From NCBI GenBank assembly GCA_963740315.1, contig CAVUDP010000002.1, forward strand, positions 2,784,001-2,848,000: a stretch of DNA of 64,000 nucleotides, in the 5' to 3' direction. The notes under the pieces are model-generated. The model was not told the origin of the DNA and ran no database searches. It saw only the letters and a list, made by a program, of their open reading frames with translations. This document shows positions 18,644 to 27,416 of this stretch, in pieces. The stretch comes from an uncultured cyanobacterium. GTDB taxonomy: Bacteria; Cyanobacteriota; Cyanobacteriia; Cyanobacteriales; Nostocaceae. The position numbers and the translations under genes were made by a program. Position 1 is the first letter of the stretch. Every line of letters starts with the position of its first letter.

Positions 18644-20830
18644 TTATTTAAGATAAATCAATAAGTTCAATCCGGGAATGGTGCGTGAAAGCGTCCACAA
18701 TACTAATGTGATGTAAAGTATGCCCAAACTCCACTGGTACCAGGCTAAAGTACTGATGATTCCGGGGAGGTGTTCGTCTCGCAAGCGAACGTCGTTAAAG
18801 CCTAATTTTAAAAGGTTGTTCAAACTAAAGTCATAATAATTTAACCAGTTCCAGCGACGATTCCACAATAAAGGTAAATAACGTTCGCGAAATAATTCAT
18901 ACCTTGGTATTACGGGTAAACGTCCAATTAATAACCGCAACTGTCTTAAAGTACCGTCTTCTGTAAAGTATGATATCTCCATTAAATCGTGGTAGCGTCC
19001 TTGTTGGTAAAGTCGAAATAATAGAAAACTAGGTATTGGTACGATAATAACCGTCATGCACGCTAAAGTTAACAACGGTTGTGGGGTATTGCGAAAGATG
19101 GCGATCGCACCAAATAGCGTACTTAGAGCAAAACTTCCTAACATCCAGGTGGTTTCGTAAGCTGTAGGAACGATTTGGGTGGGATGCAAACGGCGGAATC
19201 GATCGACTAACCAAAATAGTACGCTAAAAAACGCGATCGCAATTATTCCGACTCCGAAAACCAAGTAAAAATTCGTACCATATCCCGATAGCAATAGTAG
19301 TAAACTTAACACCAACCATTTCCATGTTTGCAGCAACCATTTAGCTGGGGTAAGAGTTTCACCAACTACGAAGTGCGAAGCAAGTTGTGTAAATGTTTCT
19401 TCGTCGATGTCGGCTAATGTCAGTAATTCGCTTTTAACTTGAAAGGGTTCGGTTTGACGACGTTTGATAATTGCTTCTGCTTGAGTTGTGGAAAAACCCA
19501 AATTTATTAACCGTTTTTGATGAGCATCATTGATATTTGGATCGAGCAAACGGCGAGTTAAATTTTTTAAATATAGGCGCTGTTTGCTATACTCCAATTC
19601 GTTAGCGTCGGCGATTTGCTGCAACTGGCGAAAATTTTGGATTAAATTACGCAATACGTTTTGATTTCCCGATAATCGAGGTACCCGCAACATCGCGCCA
19701 ATTTCACCGGGATTACCCAAAATTTTGGCTTTATCGGAATTAAAAATTAAACTTGGTACGTTGAGATAAGCAGCTTTAGCAAAAACAGCATCGCTAAAAT
19801 CAGCTTGAGTGAGAATACTGGCACCGCGCATATTTACAGGTAAATTAAACTGTGCCTCTCGGAAGATGACAGATTGAGCGAAACTAGTTTCCTTGAAAAA
19901 TAGAAACTCTTGAAAATTAGCTTTAGTAAACTGAATTTGTTCGAGAAAACGCGCTTGAGAAAAATTTGTAGTACCTTCCCACCGAGCGCGGCTGAAATTA
20001 GCTATATCCTGAAAAGTAGCATTAGAAAAATTAGCGGTATCTTCAAAAGTTGTATTTTTAAACTCGGCATTTTTCTTAAATTGAGCTTCCTTAAAATTGG
20101 CTTCATCAAAGAAAACGCTTCCCCCAAAATCAACTTGACGGCGAAAACTCGCATTTGCAAAACTAACGCGACGGCTAAATCTTGATTGCGTTAAATTAGC
20201 AGCGTCGTTAAAAATAGCTCCTTCTGCTTCCACGGGTTGGAGAAAAAACGTATTGTTAAATTCTAGTTTTCCCTTAAAACGAGTTTGCTTAAAAATTAAC
20301 GAACCGCGAAACACCGAAATTTGCGCCGATGTTGTCGAATCTTTTCCTAATAGCGATCGACAATCCTTAGAATTGGGAACAGAATAAGCCAAAGATTGTA
20401 AGCAAACCTCGCGCAAACGTTCGAGTTGACTTTGTTCGGTTTCCGTAAAAATCGGTGCGATCGCTTGAGCATACAAAGGAGTTCTTAAACCCAAATCGCT
20501 ACCAATAAAATCGCCTTCAATTATTGAATCGCTTAAATCTAATCCTACAGGCTTTGTACCATTTTTTTGTAATTCATTCTGCAACAACTTATAAAAATTA
20601 TCGCGAAACTCTTTATTTTCAGGTTGTAAATTAATTTCAATTTCTCGTAAATCTACCGTAAGGCTACCTTCATTTACGATAGGATTACTTACTCTTGACT
20701 GTAGTAATTCTAAAGTTAAAACAGTCCGTTGCGGTTGAAGCTCCGCAGCCCAAACGGGTTGAATAGATAATAATAAAAATACTGTAAAGATGGAAAGGAT
20801 TTTGGTAATTGGGCATTGAGCATTGGGCAT
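18644..20830 (-). CDS. Pentapeptide-repeat membrane protein with helix-hairpin-helix domain and C-terminal TM region
   Basis: Signal-like N-terminus; AxF pentapeptide repeats; NINDA..LGFSTTQAEAIIKRR HhH; several TM helices. Confidence 0.82.
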   Translation of the reverse strand: MPNAQCPITKILSIFTVFLLLSIQPVWAAELQPQRTVLTLELLQSRVSNPIVNEGSLTVDLREIEINLQPENKEFRDNFYKLLQNELQKNGTKPVGLDLSDSIIEGDFIGSDLGLRTPLYAQAIAPIFTETEQSQLERLREVCLQSLAYSVPNSKDCRSLLGKDSTTSAQISVFRGSLIFKQTRFKGKLEFNNTFFLQPVEAEGAIFNDAANLTQSRFSRRVSFANASFRRQVDFGGSVFFDEANFKEAQFKKNAEFKNTTFEDTANFSNATFQDIANFSRARWEGTTNFSQARFLEQIQFTKANFQEFLFFKETSFAQSVIFREAQFNLPVNMRGASILTQADFSDAVFAKAAYLNVPSLIFNSDKAKILGNPGEIGAMLRVPRLSGNQNVLRNLIQNFRQLQQIADANELEYSKQRLYLKNLTRRLLDPNINDAHQKRLINLGFSTTQAEAIIKRRQTEPFQVKSELLTLADIDEETFTQLASHFVVGETLTPAKWLLQTWKWLVLSLLLLLSGYGTNFYLVFGVGIIAIAFFSVLFWLVDRFRRLHPTQIVPTAYETTWMLGSFALSTLFGAIAIFRNTPQPLLTLACMTVIIVPIPSFLLFRLYQQGRYHDLMEISYFTEDGTLRQLRLLIGRLPVIPRYELFRERYLPLLWNRRWNWLNYYDFSLNNLLKLGFNDVRLRDEHLPGIISTLAWYQWSLGILYITLVLWTLSRTIPGLNLLIYLK

Positions 20831-20841
20831 TGGGAAGAGTT

Positions 20842-20912
20842 GTAGGGTGTGTTATGGCGCGATAGGTAATTCGGATTATGACAAAATATATCTGTTTCGC
20901 GCCTAACGCACC
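20842..20912. repeat. GTAG-type REP doublet (GTAGGGTGTGTTA...TAACGCACC family)
   Basis: Inverted arms; relatives at 23017-23093, 25720-25797, 50187-50253. Confidence 0.75.
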
Positions 20913-21003
20913 ATTAAATATTCCCATAAATTGCCATATTACCCACCTTCCCAAATCAAAAGCTGTCTTGAAGCTGCAACAAAGCAATTTACAGTAGAAT
21001 AAA

Positions 21004-21021
21004 TGTACATTCTTTTGTACG
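21004..21021. promoter_or_regulatory. Probable toxin-antitoxin autoregulatory operator (paired TGTAC sites); second copy at 21340-21357
   Basis: TGTACATTCTTTTGTACG just before the antitoxin start and TGTACACTTTGATGTACA before the toxin. Confidence 0.5.
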
Positions 21022-21027
21022 CCTTAT

Positions 21028-21294
21028 ATGCCTAAGTATTTAACTATTACAGAAGCTAGACAACAGTTATTAAATTTGCCCGATGAATTGAAAGACGATG
21101 CAGTGATTATTACTAAGCATGGTAAGCCTGTAATGGCTGCACTTAGCTTTGAAAAATTTGAATCTATGATGGAAACCTTGGCTATTCTTTCCGATAAAAC
21201 ATTTAGCAAGCAGTTACAGGAAAGTATTCAGCAAGCTGAAAGAGAAGAAACTATTTCTTGGGAAGAAGCAAAAGCTAAACTTGGACTTGAATAA
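21028..21294 (+). CDS. Phd/YefM family antitoxin
   Basis: LTITEARQQL...VIITKHGKPVMAALSFEKFESMMETLAIL. Confidence 0.92.
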   Translation: MPKYLTITEARQQLLNLPDELKDDAVIITKHGKPVMAALSFEKFESMMETLAILSDKTFSKQLQESIQQAEREETISWEEAKAKLGLE

Positions 21295-21400
21295 ATCTAG
21301 TAAGTATATTTCGCACTTCCCGATACTACTTTGGTAAATGTACACTTTGATGTACAGTTTTAGAGTCAGAGTGCTTGAATGTTAGGGAAGTTTAAGTAAA

Positions 21401-21589
21401 TTGGACTCAGATATAAATCAGCCAGAAATTACGGAGTATGAAATTCAGCTTACACCGCTAGCATTACAGATGTTAGGTAAGATTAAAGACAAGCGTCATC
21501 AAAAGGCTTTGAGTCAACGTATTAATAAGTTAAAAATAGATCCACTGATGTTGCATCTGAACCTGTTCCAGAACCTATCACCCTTTTAG
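21401..21589 (+). pseudogene. Truncated RelE/ParE family toxin
   Basis: YEIQLTPLALQMLGKIKD...INKLKIDP, then unrelated sequence; the catalytic C-terminal half is missing. Confidence 0.75.
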
Positions 21590-21654
21590 GAACTGGTGCT
21601 GCTCTAGGTTTCGGTATTTTGAAGAAGAAGAAGAAAGGTGCAAAGTCGGCTTAG
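21541..21654 (+). pseudogene. Orphan PEP-CTERM sorting tail (gene body deleted)
   Basis: Manual translation STDVASEPVPEPITLLGTGAALGFGILKKKKKGAKSA*. Confidence 0.85.
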
Positions 21655-22261
21655 GTTAATGCAGCTTGTTTCCGTGAGATAATTTTTCTGTGATGCATTG
21701 GTGCATCTACCATTTGATTGATTGTAATATTCGCTTCAAGATGATTGCCGATAAAAAACCTCACAGAGGCAGAGAAGGAGTCTTTCCGCAAATATAAAAC
21801 TGCTTCACAAATTGACGGAAACTCTTCATTATGAAGAACACTCAAGACTTATACTACTCGAAATAAGCTAAATTTCCCCAAAAACAGATAGAACCAGGCT
21901 AATACCGGGGTAAATCTATTTTTTTATCCTTAATAAGCACTTGTGATATGAGTCTAATTACATAAATACTTTTGTACTTTAACCTGGTGTTTTATCGGAT
22001 TGGGAAAGGATAAAAGAACTTATCTACAATTAAAAACACTTTTATCTAACTATATATACGCTAATACAGTGTATGAAATTTATCTATTAAAATAAGCGAT
22101 CGCACAAAATAATTGCGTAAATATATCTTAAAAAAATTATTTTTTAACACCCAGTAAAGATTCCGGAATATGTCTTGCTCCTAGTGATGAGCAGCGATTA
22201 GCTTTGGATTGTCGAAGAAACACACAATACATTCTTAATAAAGAGAAGGGAATTACAAGTC

Positions 22262-22842
22262 ATGAAAAATGCAATATTTAAAGGTTTGTTGAGTATTGGA
22301 GTTTTAGCTGCTGGTTTATCTTCTGGAAGCGCTCAAGCTGGATTAATTGGTAATACAGTTAATGGTCAGTTAGGTATCACTGGTAGTTCTCCCATCTTAA
22401 ATCAGAATGCTGTAGTTACCGATCCGGGAGTTGAATTTAATTTTACCAATGGTGACGGTGGCTTATCTCTTGATGTTAACGATGATTCTTTTGATCTCAT
22501 TTACAATCTTGGTTCCTTTCCTGGTGTAGGAGTCCCACAACTTGGACTTTGTCCGATCTCGATTTTGGTAATCTGGGATTTATTACAGACGTGACTCTAG
22601 CCTCTGGGAATTCAAGTCTAATTAATAATCTTTCTTTTACGGAAGACTCGGTTCAGGTTGACTTTGCTAATATTACTCGGGCGGATGGTCAAGTTAATAC
22701 TTTTTCATTTGATATTGCAAATTCAAACAGTACTCAATCTGTTCCAGAACCTACGACTATTTTAGGAACTGCTGCAGTTTTAGGCTTTGCCGTTTTGAAG
22801 AAGAAGAAAGCTGCTAAATTGGCTACTATTGAGGCAGAGTAA
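22262..22842 (+). CDS. PEP-CTERM surface protein, split by a 1-nt frameshift near 22535
   Basis: Signal peptide in 22262..22594 and VPEPTTILGTAAVLGFAVLKKKK in 22549..22842. Adding one C to GTCCCACA restores GVPTTWTLSDLDF. Confidence 0.85.
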
Positions 22843-22952
22843 AACCGTTTCACCAATGAATTAAGCGTGAAACCTAATTTATAAAGGTTTTCGGTTGAGT
22901 GCAATACTTTGCAGAAAATCTTGTAGTACGGGATAAATAAGATTATAATAAT

Positions 22953-22983
22953 AAGCCCCTCATCCAGCATCGGATGAGGGGCA
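22953..22983. terminator. Hairpin terminator between the convergent PEP-CTERM and R-M genes
   Basis: GCCCCTCATCC-AGCATC-GGATGAGGGGC perfect 11-bp stem. Confidence 0.7.
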
Positions 22984-23016
22984 TAATTATTCATCAGCAA
23001 ACAACTTTAAATAAAC

Positions 23017-23093
23017 ATGGTGCGTTACGGCATTAACTAAAATATCTGTTTCCCCACAGCCATTACACGCCGTAACACACCCTACAAAATACT
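23017..23093. repeat. REP doublet, direct-repeat copy 1 flanking the R-M gene
   Basis: ATGGTGCGTTACGGCATTAACTAA...CGCCGTAACACACCCTACAAAATACT, near-identical to 25720-25797. Confidence 0.9.
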
Positions 23094-23098
23094 ACGAA

Positions 23099-23150
23099 CT
23101 AATTAACAATCACCAACTTCCCAATCATCGAATCGGCGTTAACATCAATT
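23099..23150 (-). pseudogene. Internally deleted duplicate of the 3' end of the neighbouring oxidoreductase gene
   Basis: 19-bp exact match of 23132-23150 to 26012-26030 (LMLTP) joined to SMIGKLVIVN* (compare SMVGKLAISIG*). Confidence 0.75.
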
Positions 23151-23171
23151 ACAGCTTAAAATTGAGTACTT

Positions 23172-25631
23172 TTAATAAGGTCCGAGAAATCTTTCACCGT
23201 TGAAATGAATCATGTGTTCGGGTTGATCTGCCACCCAAACTTCTGTTTCCCAAGCAATTTCAGCAAGATATTTAATCATTCCTTTACGGCTTGGGAAAGC
23301 AGTTACGAAAACTAATCCTTTAGTACTAGACTTAAAAAGCTGCTTCAATTCGTTGTGACGTTTTAAGTTAACTGGACCGTGACTTGTTACAGCTTCTATT
23401 AATACAAGCCAATCTTGCTGCTCGTAGTAAACTACAACATCTGGCATTTTACCGTGAGGATTTAAATCAATTCCTATTTCTAAAAATTTCTGAGTTTCGT
23501 TAACTATAAACTTATCCCCAGCATCACCTACATAAAAAACCGAACCTCCAGGTGTAAATCTAGGACAGAAGCTTTCTAAAATATCTTTGATTAAAATGTT
23601 TTGTCCACCTGATGATAGCTCAATGGCTTGACCATCTGGTAAGCTTACAGGAATCATTGGTATGTTGCGATTCCTATCTTGTAATAAATTAGCGATCGAA
23701 ACAGCATAATTTTGACGCATCTCTTCCCACTGTTGTGATCCATAAGATTTAAGCAGTGAAAGCACCTGTTGATGAAGTTGATAACACCATTTTGGGCTGT
23801 TGATTGGTCTGTCTGGTTGATCTGGATTCTCAATAACTATTCCCATTTGCACAAACTGGTGCATCGTCTGTCGTCGAACTGTTTCGCGTGTATTTGGTGC
23901 ATATTGTTTACCATAATATTCACGAAACCAATCCATCATTTCTGTGATTCCACGCCTTGGTGCTGTCGCTTGATTCCAAGGTGTTTGAGGACGAATGTCT
24001 GCCAATGCTAGCAAGCAAAGTGCAGAACGTTCATTTTGTTGCTTTTTTGGAGCAGAAATATCTTTGAGAATTGCAAGCGCTTCATATATTTTTTTACCAG
24101 CTTCTACTGCATTTATTGCTTCGCTCATAATCGATAAAGTTTTATGTACAGCATTATCAAGTTGCTTATCATCAAATTTAGAATCACTAACCTGTTTTCC
24201 TAACTTGATTAAATCATCTTTGCAGGGGTACTTAATTCTACGCAAATCTGTTGCATTAACTTGTGTATGTCCGCTAAACTGCCGAAAATATTTATCAAAT
24301 AAAGTTGAATTAAGAAATGCTGCTAAACCTTGTGCAAGTTCGGGATTTATTCCTTCACCTTTGGCATGGTAGTAATTAAGATGATTCTCTATACCTAATA
24401 ATGGTGCATCAAAAGGAGAACATACAGCAGCAACAACACGACGCTTTTCTTCCTTAGCAGAAAAACGCTTTGTCAAAACGTAGCAACCTTTGGGCACTAA
24501 CCATTTTTCTGTGTCATTATTTCGTTTAATTGCAATCGCTTTTCGAGGATTATTAGGTGGGAATAAAACTTTTCCTGTCTTCATTACTTCTGGATAAAGT
24601 AACGGAACACTTTGCTCATCCAAGCAATTACTCAAAGCTGATTTAAGTCGAAAATCAACAACTCGACCAGTTGAAACCTCTAAACCTATTTCATCCAAAG
24701 TTGATGAAAATCTTCGCATTTGTATTCTCAAAGAATCTTCAAGAGAGTTTGTAATAATATAAATAAAACTCTCAGAATCATTGTGTTCTACTACTCCAGA
24801 ATAAGGGACATTTCTGAATTCGGCAAAATTATTTAAATTATTTTCAAAATTATTAGTTATTTGAACATAATTAGGCTTAGTTTCTGTTTTATTAGCATGA
24901 AAAATAATATTTTCTTGTAAAACTTTATCTTCTACAAAAACTGTGGATCGGCTATCAAAAATATGAATTTTATCTAATCCCATTTCTTCCAATAAAGCTT
25001 TGCGAAAAGGACGAAAATATACCCCATTACAAAAGCTTCTAGGTGTAATTGCTACTATCTCCCCCTTTTCAACAAGCTGCTTCCAAGTAAGCCAAACAAA
25101 TGCGCTATAGAGATTTACAGTATCAATTCCATTTGCTAAAAGTATTTTCTTTTCAACAGAATTACGATTAATTTTTTTGTATGGTGGATTCAAAATCGCA
25201 TGGGTAAAGCTGCTATCAGTAGTAAAAAGCGGTAAATTTTGATCGGAACAACTATTAATAAAGCTTGACTCGTATATTTTATATTCTGCTTTAATTCCTT
25301 TATTTTCTAAAGCTTCACAACATTCTATAAGACATTGTTTTAAAGGTAATATAAAATGTGCTTCAATTTCATAAGCTGTTATATGACAACTGTTAACTTG
25401 ACTCGGATTTGTTAAAAGTCTTTCTACAAAAGCAGCAGTCAATGCTCCAATTCCGGCTCCAGGATCTAAAAGACTGACATCACCAGACAAATTACTAAAT
25501 TGTTTTGCCATAAAACGAGCAATTGGTGCAGGAGTTAAGAATTGTCCTAATTGACTCTGCTGCTCTAGATTCAATTTTGAAGATATATGAATTCTAGTAA
25601 CGTCAATAAAATCTGTAAGAAACGTTGTCAT
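23172..25631 (-). CDS. Fused N6-adenine DNA methyltransferase and BsuBI/PstI-family restriction endonuclease
   Basis: GQFLTP, LLDPGAGIG, ILNPPY in the N-terminal part; QQNERSALCLLAL, YAPNTRETVRRQTMHQF, HGKMPDVV, LIEAVTSHGPV, IHFNGERFLGPY in the C-terminal part. Confidence 0.9.
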   Translation of the reverse strand: MTTFLTDFIDVTRIHISSKLNLEQQSQLGQFLTPAPIARFMAKQFSNLSGDVSLLDPGAGIGALTAAFVERLLTNPSQVNSCHITAYEIEAHFILPLKQCLIECCEALENKGIKAEYKIYESSFINSCSDQNLPLFTTDSSFTHAILNPPYKKINRNSVEKKILLANGIDTVNLYSAFVWLTWKQLVEKGEIVAITPRSFCNGVYFRPFRKALLEEMGLDKIHIFDSRSTVFVEDKVLQENIIFHANKTETKPNYVQITNNFENNLNNFAEFRNVPYSGVVEHNDSESFIYIITNSLEDSLRIQMRRFSSTLDEIGLEVSTGRVVDFRLKSALSNCLDEQSVPLLYPEVMKTGKVLFPPNNPRKAIAIKRNNDTEKWLVPKGCYVLTKRFSAKEEKRRVVAAVCSPFDAPLLGIENHLNYYHAKGEGINPELAQGLAAFLNSTLFDKYFRQFSGHTQVNATDLRRIKYPCKDDLIKLGKQVSDSKFDDKQLDNAVHKTLSIMSEAINAVEAGKKIYEALAILKDISAPKKQQNERSALCLLALADIRPQTPWNQATAPRRGITEMMDWFREYYGKQYAPNTRETVRRQTMHQFVQMGIVIENPDQPDRPINSPKWCYQLHQQVLSLLKSYGSQQWEEMRQNYAVSIANLLQDRNRNIPMIPVSLPDGQAIELSSGGQNILIKDILESFCPRFTPGGSVFYVGDAGDKFIVNETQKFLEIGIDLNPHGKMPDVVVYYEQQDWLVLIEAVTSHGPVNLKRHNELKQLFKSSTKGLVFVTAFPSRKGMIKYLAEIAWETEVWVADQPEHMIHFNGERFLGPY

Positions 25632-25719
25632 ACAGTTAATTTAGTGTCAAATATGAAGTTATACCACGAATTTACTACCAATTATTCTATAATTTCCAAA
25701 TTACTTCGCTTTCATTAAA

Positions 25720-25797
25720 ATGGTGCGTTACGGCATTAACTAACATATCTGTTCCCCCACAACAATTTCCTCGCCGTAACACACCCTACAAAATACT
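25720..25797. repeat. REP doublet, direct-repeat copy 2 flanking the R-M gene
   Basis: Near-identical to 23017-23093, same orientation. Confidence 0.9.
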
Positions 25798-25824
25798 CAT
25801 CATTAATCAATTACCAATTACCAA

Positions 25825-26823
25825 TTACCCAATACTGATCGCCAATTTCCCCACCATCGAACCCGCTTCCAAAAACTGATGAGCTTTCGCAACTTCTTCC
25901 AACCCAAAAGTCCGATTAACGCAAATTTTCAACTTTCCTTCATCCATCCACTTGGCACATTCTGCTAATATCTCTCCATGATGGGCTTGTGCTTCTACCA
26001 TTCCTTGTAACATCGGCGTTAACATCAATTCCAAACCGATTCTCAAATTCCTCTGTCTGGCTATTTTCCAATTGGTTGCGTCGCTTGGTTGTAAAATCGT
26101 GACGATATCGCCGTAAATTCGTATCGCTGGAAATGTTTTCTCAAATGTCTCGCCACCAACGGTATCGAATGCTAAATCTACACCTTCTCCGTTAGTCCAA
26201 TCTAAAACGGCTTTTGCAAAATCATTTTGCTGGTAATTAATCGCATAATCAGCCCCCAGATTCTTGACAAAATCCGCTTTTTCTTGAGAACTTACCGTAG
26301 TGCAAACATCAGCACCCTTAAATTTAGCTAGTTGAATTGCTACGTGTCCGACACCACCCGCACCAGCATGAATTAATACTTTTTCACCGGGTTCTAAACG
26401 TCCGCGTTCGTATAAAGCTTCCCATGCTGTTATTAATACCAAAGGTGCAGCAGCAGCTTCTATAAAGGAGACTGATTTGGGTTTCGCAGCTACGAAGCGC
26501 TCTTCCACAGTTGTGAACTCTGCGTAATTACCTTGGCGATCGCCTATTCCACCATTGCAAAAATATACTTCGTCTCCTATCCGAAACCGCTTAACTTGAG
26601 TTCCTACAGATTCTACAATACCCGCACCATCGCATCCTAAAATTGCAGGCATTTTATCGGGATAGAAAGTACCGCGTTTCCGAAGTTTTGTATCTATGGG
26701 GTTAACTCCAGCAGCTTTTAAACGTACCAAAAGTTCCGTATTGGCAGGAGGAAGCGGGTTTGCGATTTCCTGTAACTGCAAAACTTCTGGGCTTCCGGGT
26801 GCTGTCATCAACACTGCTTTCAT
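25825..26823 (-). CDS. MDR superfamily oxidoreductase (zinc-type alcohol dehydrogenase-like / NADPH:quinone reductase); ORF track start 26850
   Basis: MKAVLMTAPG, AAGVNPID, VLIHAGAGGVGHVAIQLAK. Confidence 0.92.
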   Translation of the reverse strand: MKAVLMTAPGSPEVLQLQEIANPLPPANTELLVRLKAAGVNPIDTKLRKRGTFYPDKMPAILGCDGAGIVESVGTQVKRFRIGDEVYFCNGGIGDRQGNYAEFTTVEERFVAAKPKSVSFIEAAAAPLVLITAWEALYERGRLEPGEKVLIHAGAGGVGHVAIQLAKFKGADVCTTVSSQEKADFVKNLGADYAINYQQNDFAKAVLDWTNGEGVDLAFDTVGGETFEKTFPAIRIYGDIVTILQPSDATNWKIARQRNLRIGLELMLTPMLQGMVEAQAHHGEILAECAKWMDEGKLKICVNRTFGLEEVAKAHQFLEAGSMVGKLAISIG

Positions 26824-27416
26824 ATTTCTTCCCCTCGATGCACGCTTCACACAATTACTTTATCGCAAAGAAGGATCGAATTTATTTTCTAGGGATTATT
26901 CCTAAAAAATCACCAATACAAAGTCAAAAAACTAACTTTTGAATCTTACTTCCTGAAGGTTGATGTGTTTTCTATTTCAAAAGATATATATCTACGGATA
27001 TACGCAAGCATCTTACAGCTATTGTTATGTCCTCGTTAACTTAATAACAACTAACATTTAATATTTCTATAAAGAAAAGATAATTATTTGTTGTCACTAT
27101 TGAATTAACTTGAGCTAAGTAAAAATTCCTAACTTACGGGTTGTGTCGATTGAAGCCTGAAATTATCCGTTCTAGTGCTGATTATAGCTTATTAGGCTTT
27201 TATCTTATTAGTTAATTTAGCACTTTTTACAGATGATTTTTGTACAAAAGGCTACAGTTTATCCACATTGCCTTCGTAACTTTACCTTTTTAAGAAGTAA
27301 GCAGATCGGCGAATCGAGAAATTAGTAGCTGAAAGTTTGCTGCAATTTTGGAATGAATATTTAGACTTAGCTCATATTACTCAAACTTAAAAAAATACCA
27401 GGGAAGAATTAATATC

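Noticed and set aside
22262..22842. Programmed frameshift in the PEP-CTERM gene
   Set aside because: No slippery heptamer or stimulatory structure; a single missing C in a short C run is more simply a sequencing error or mutation.
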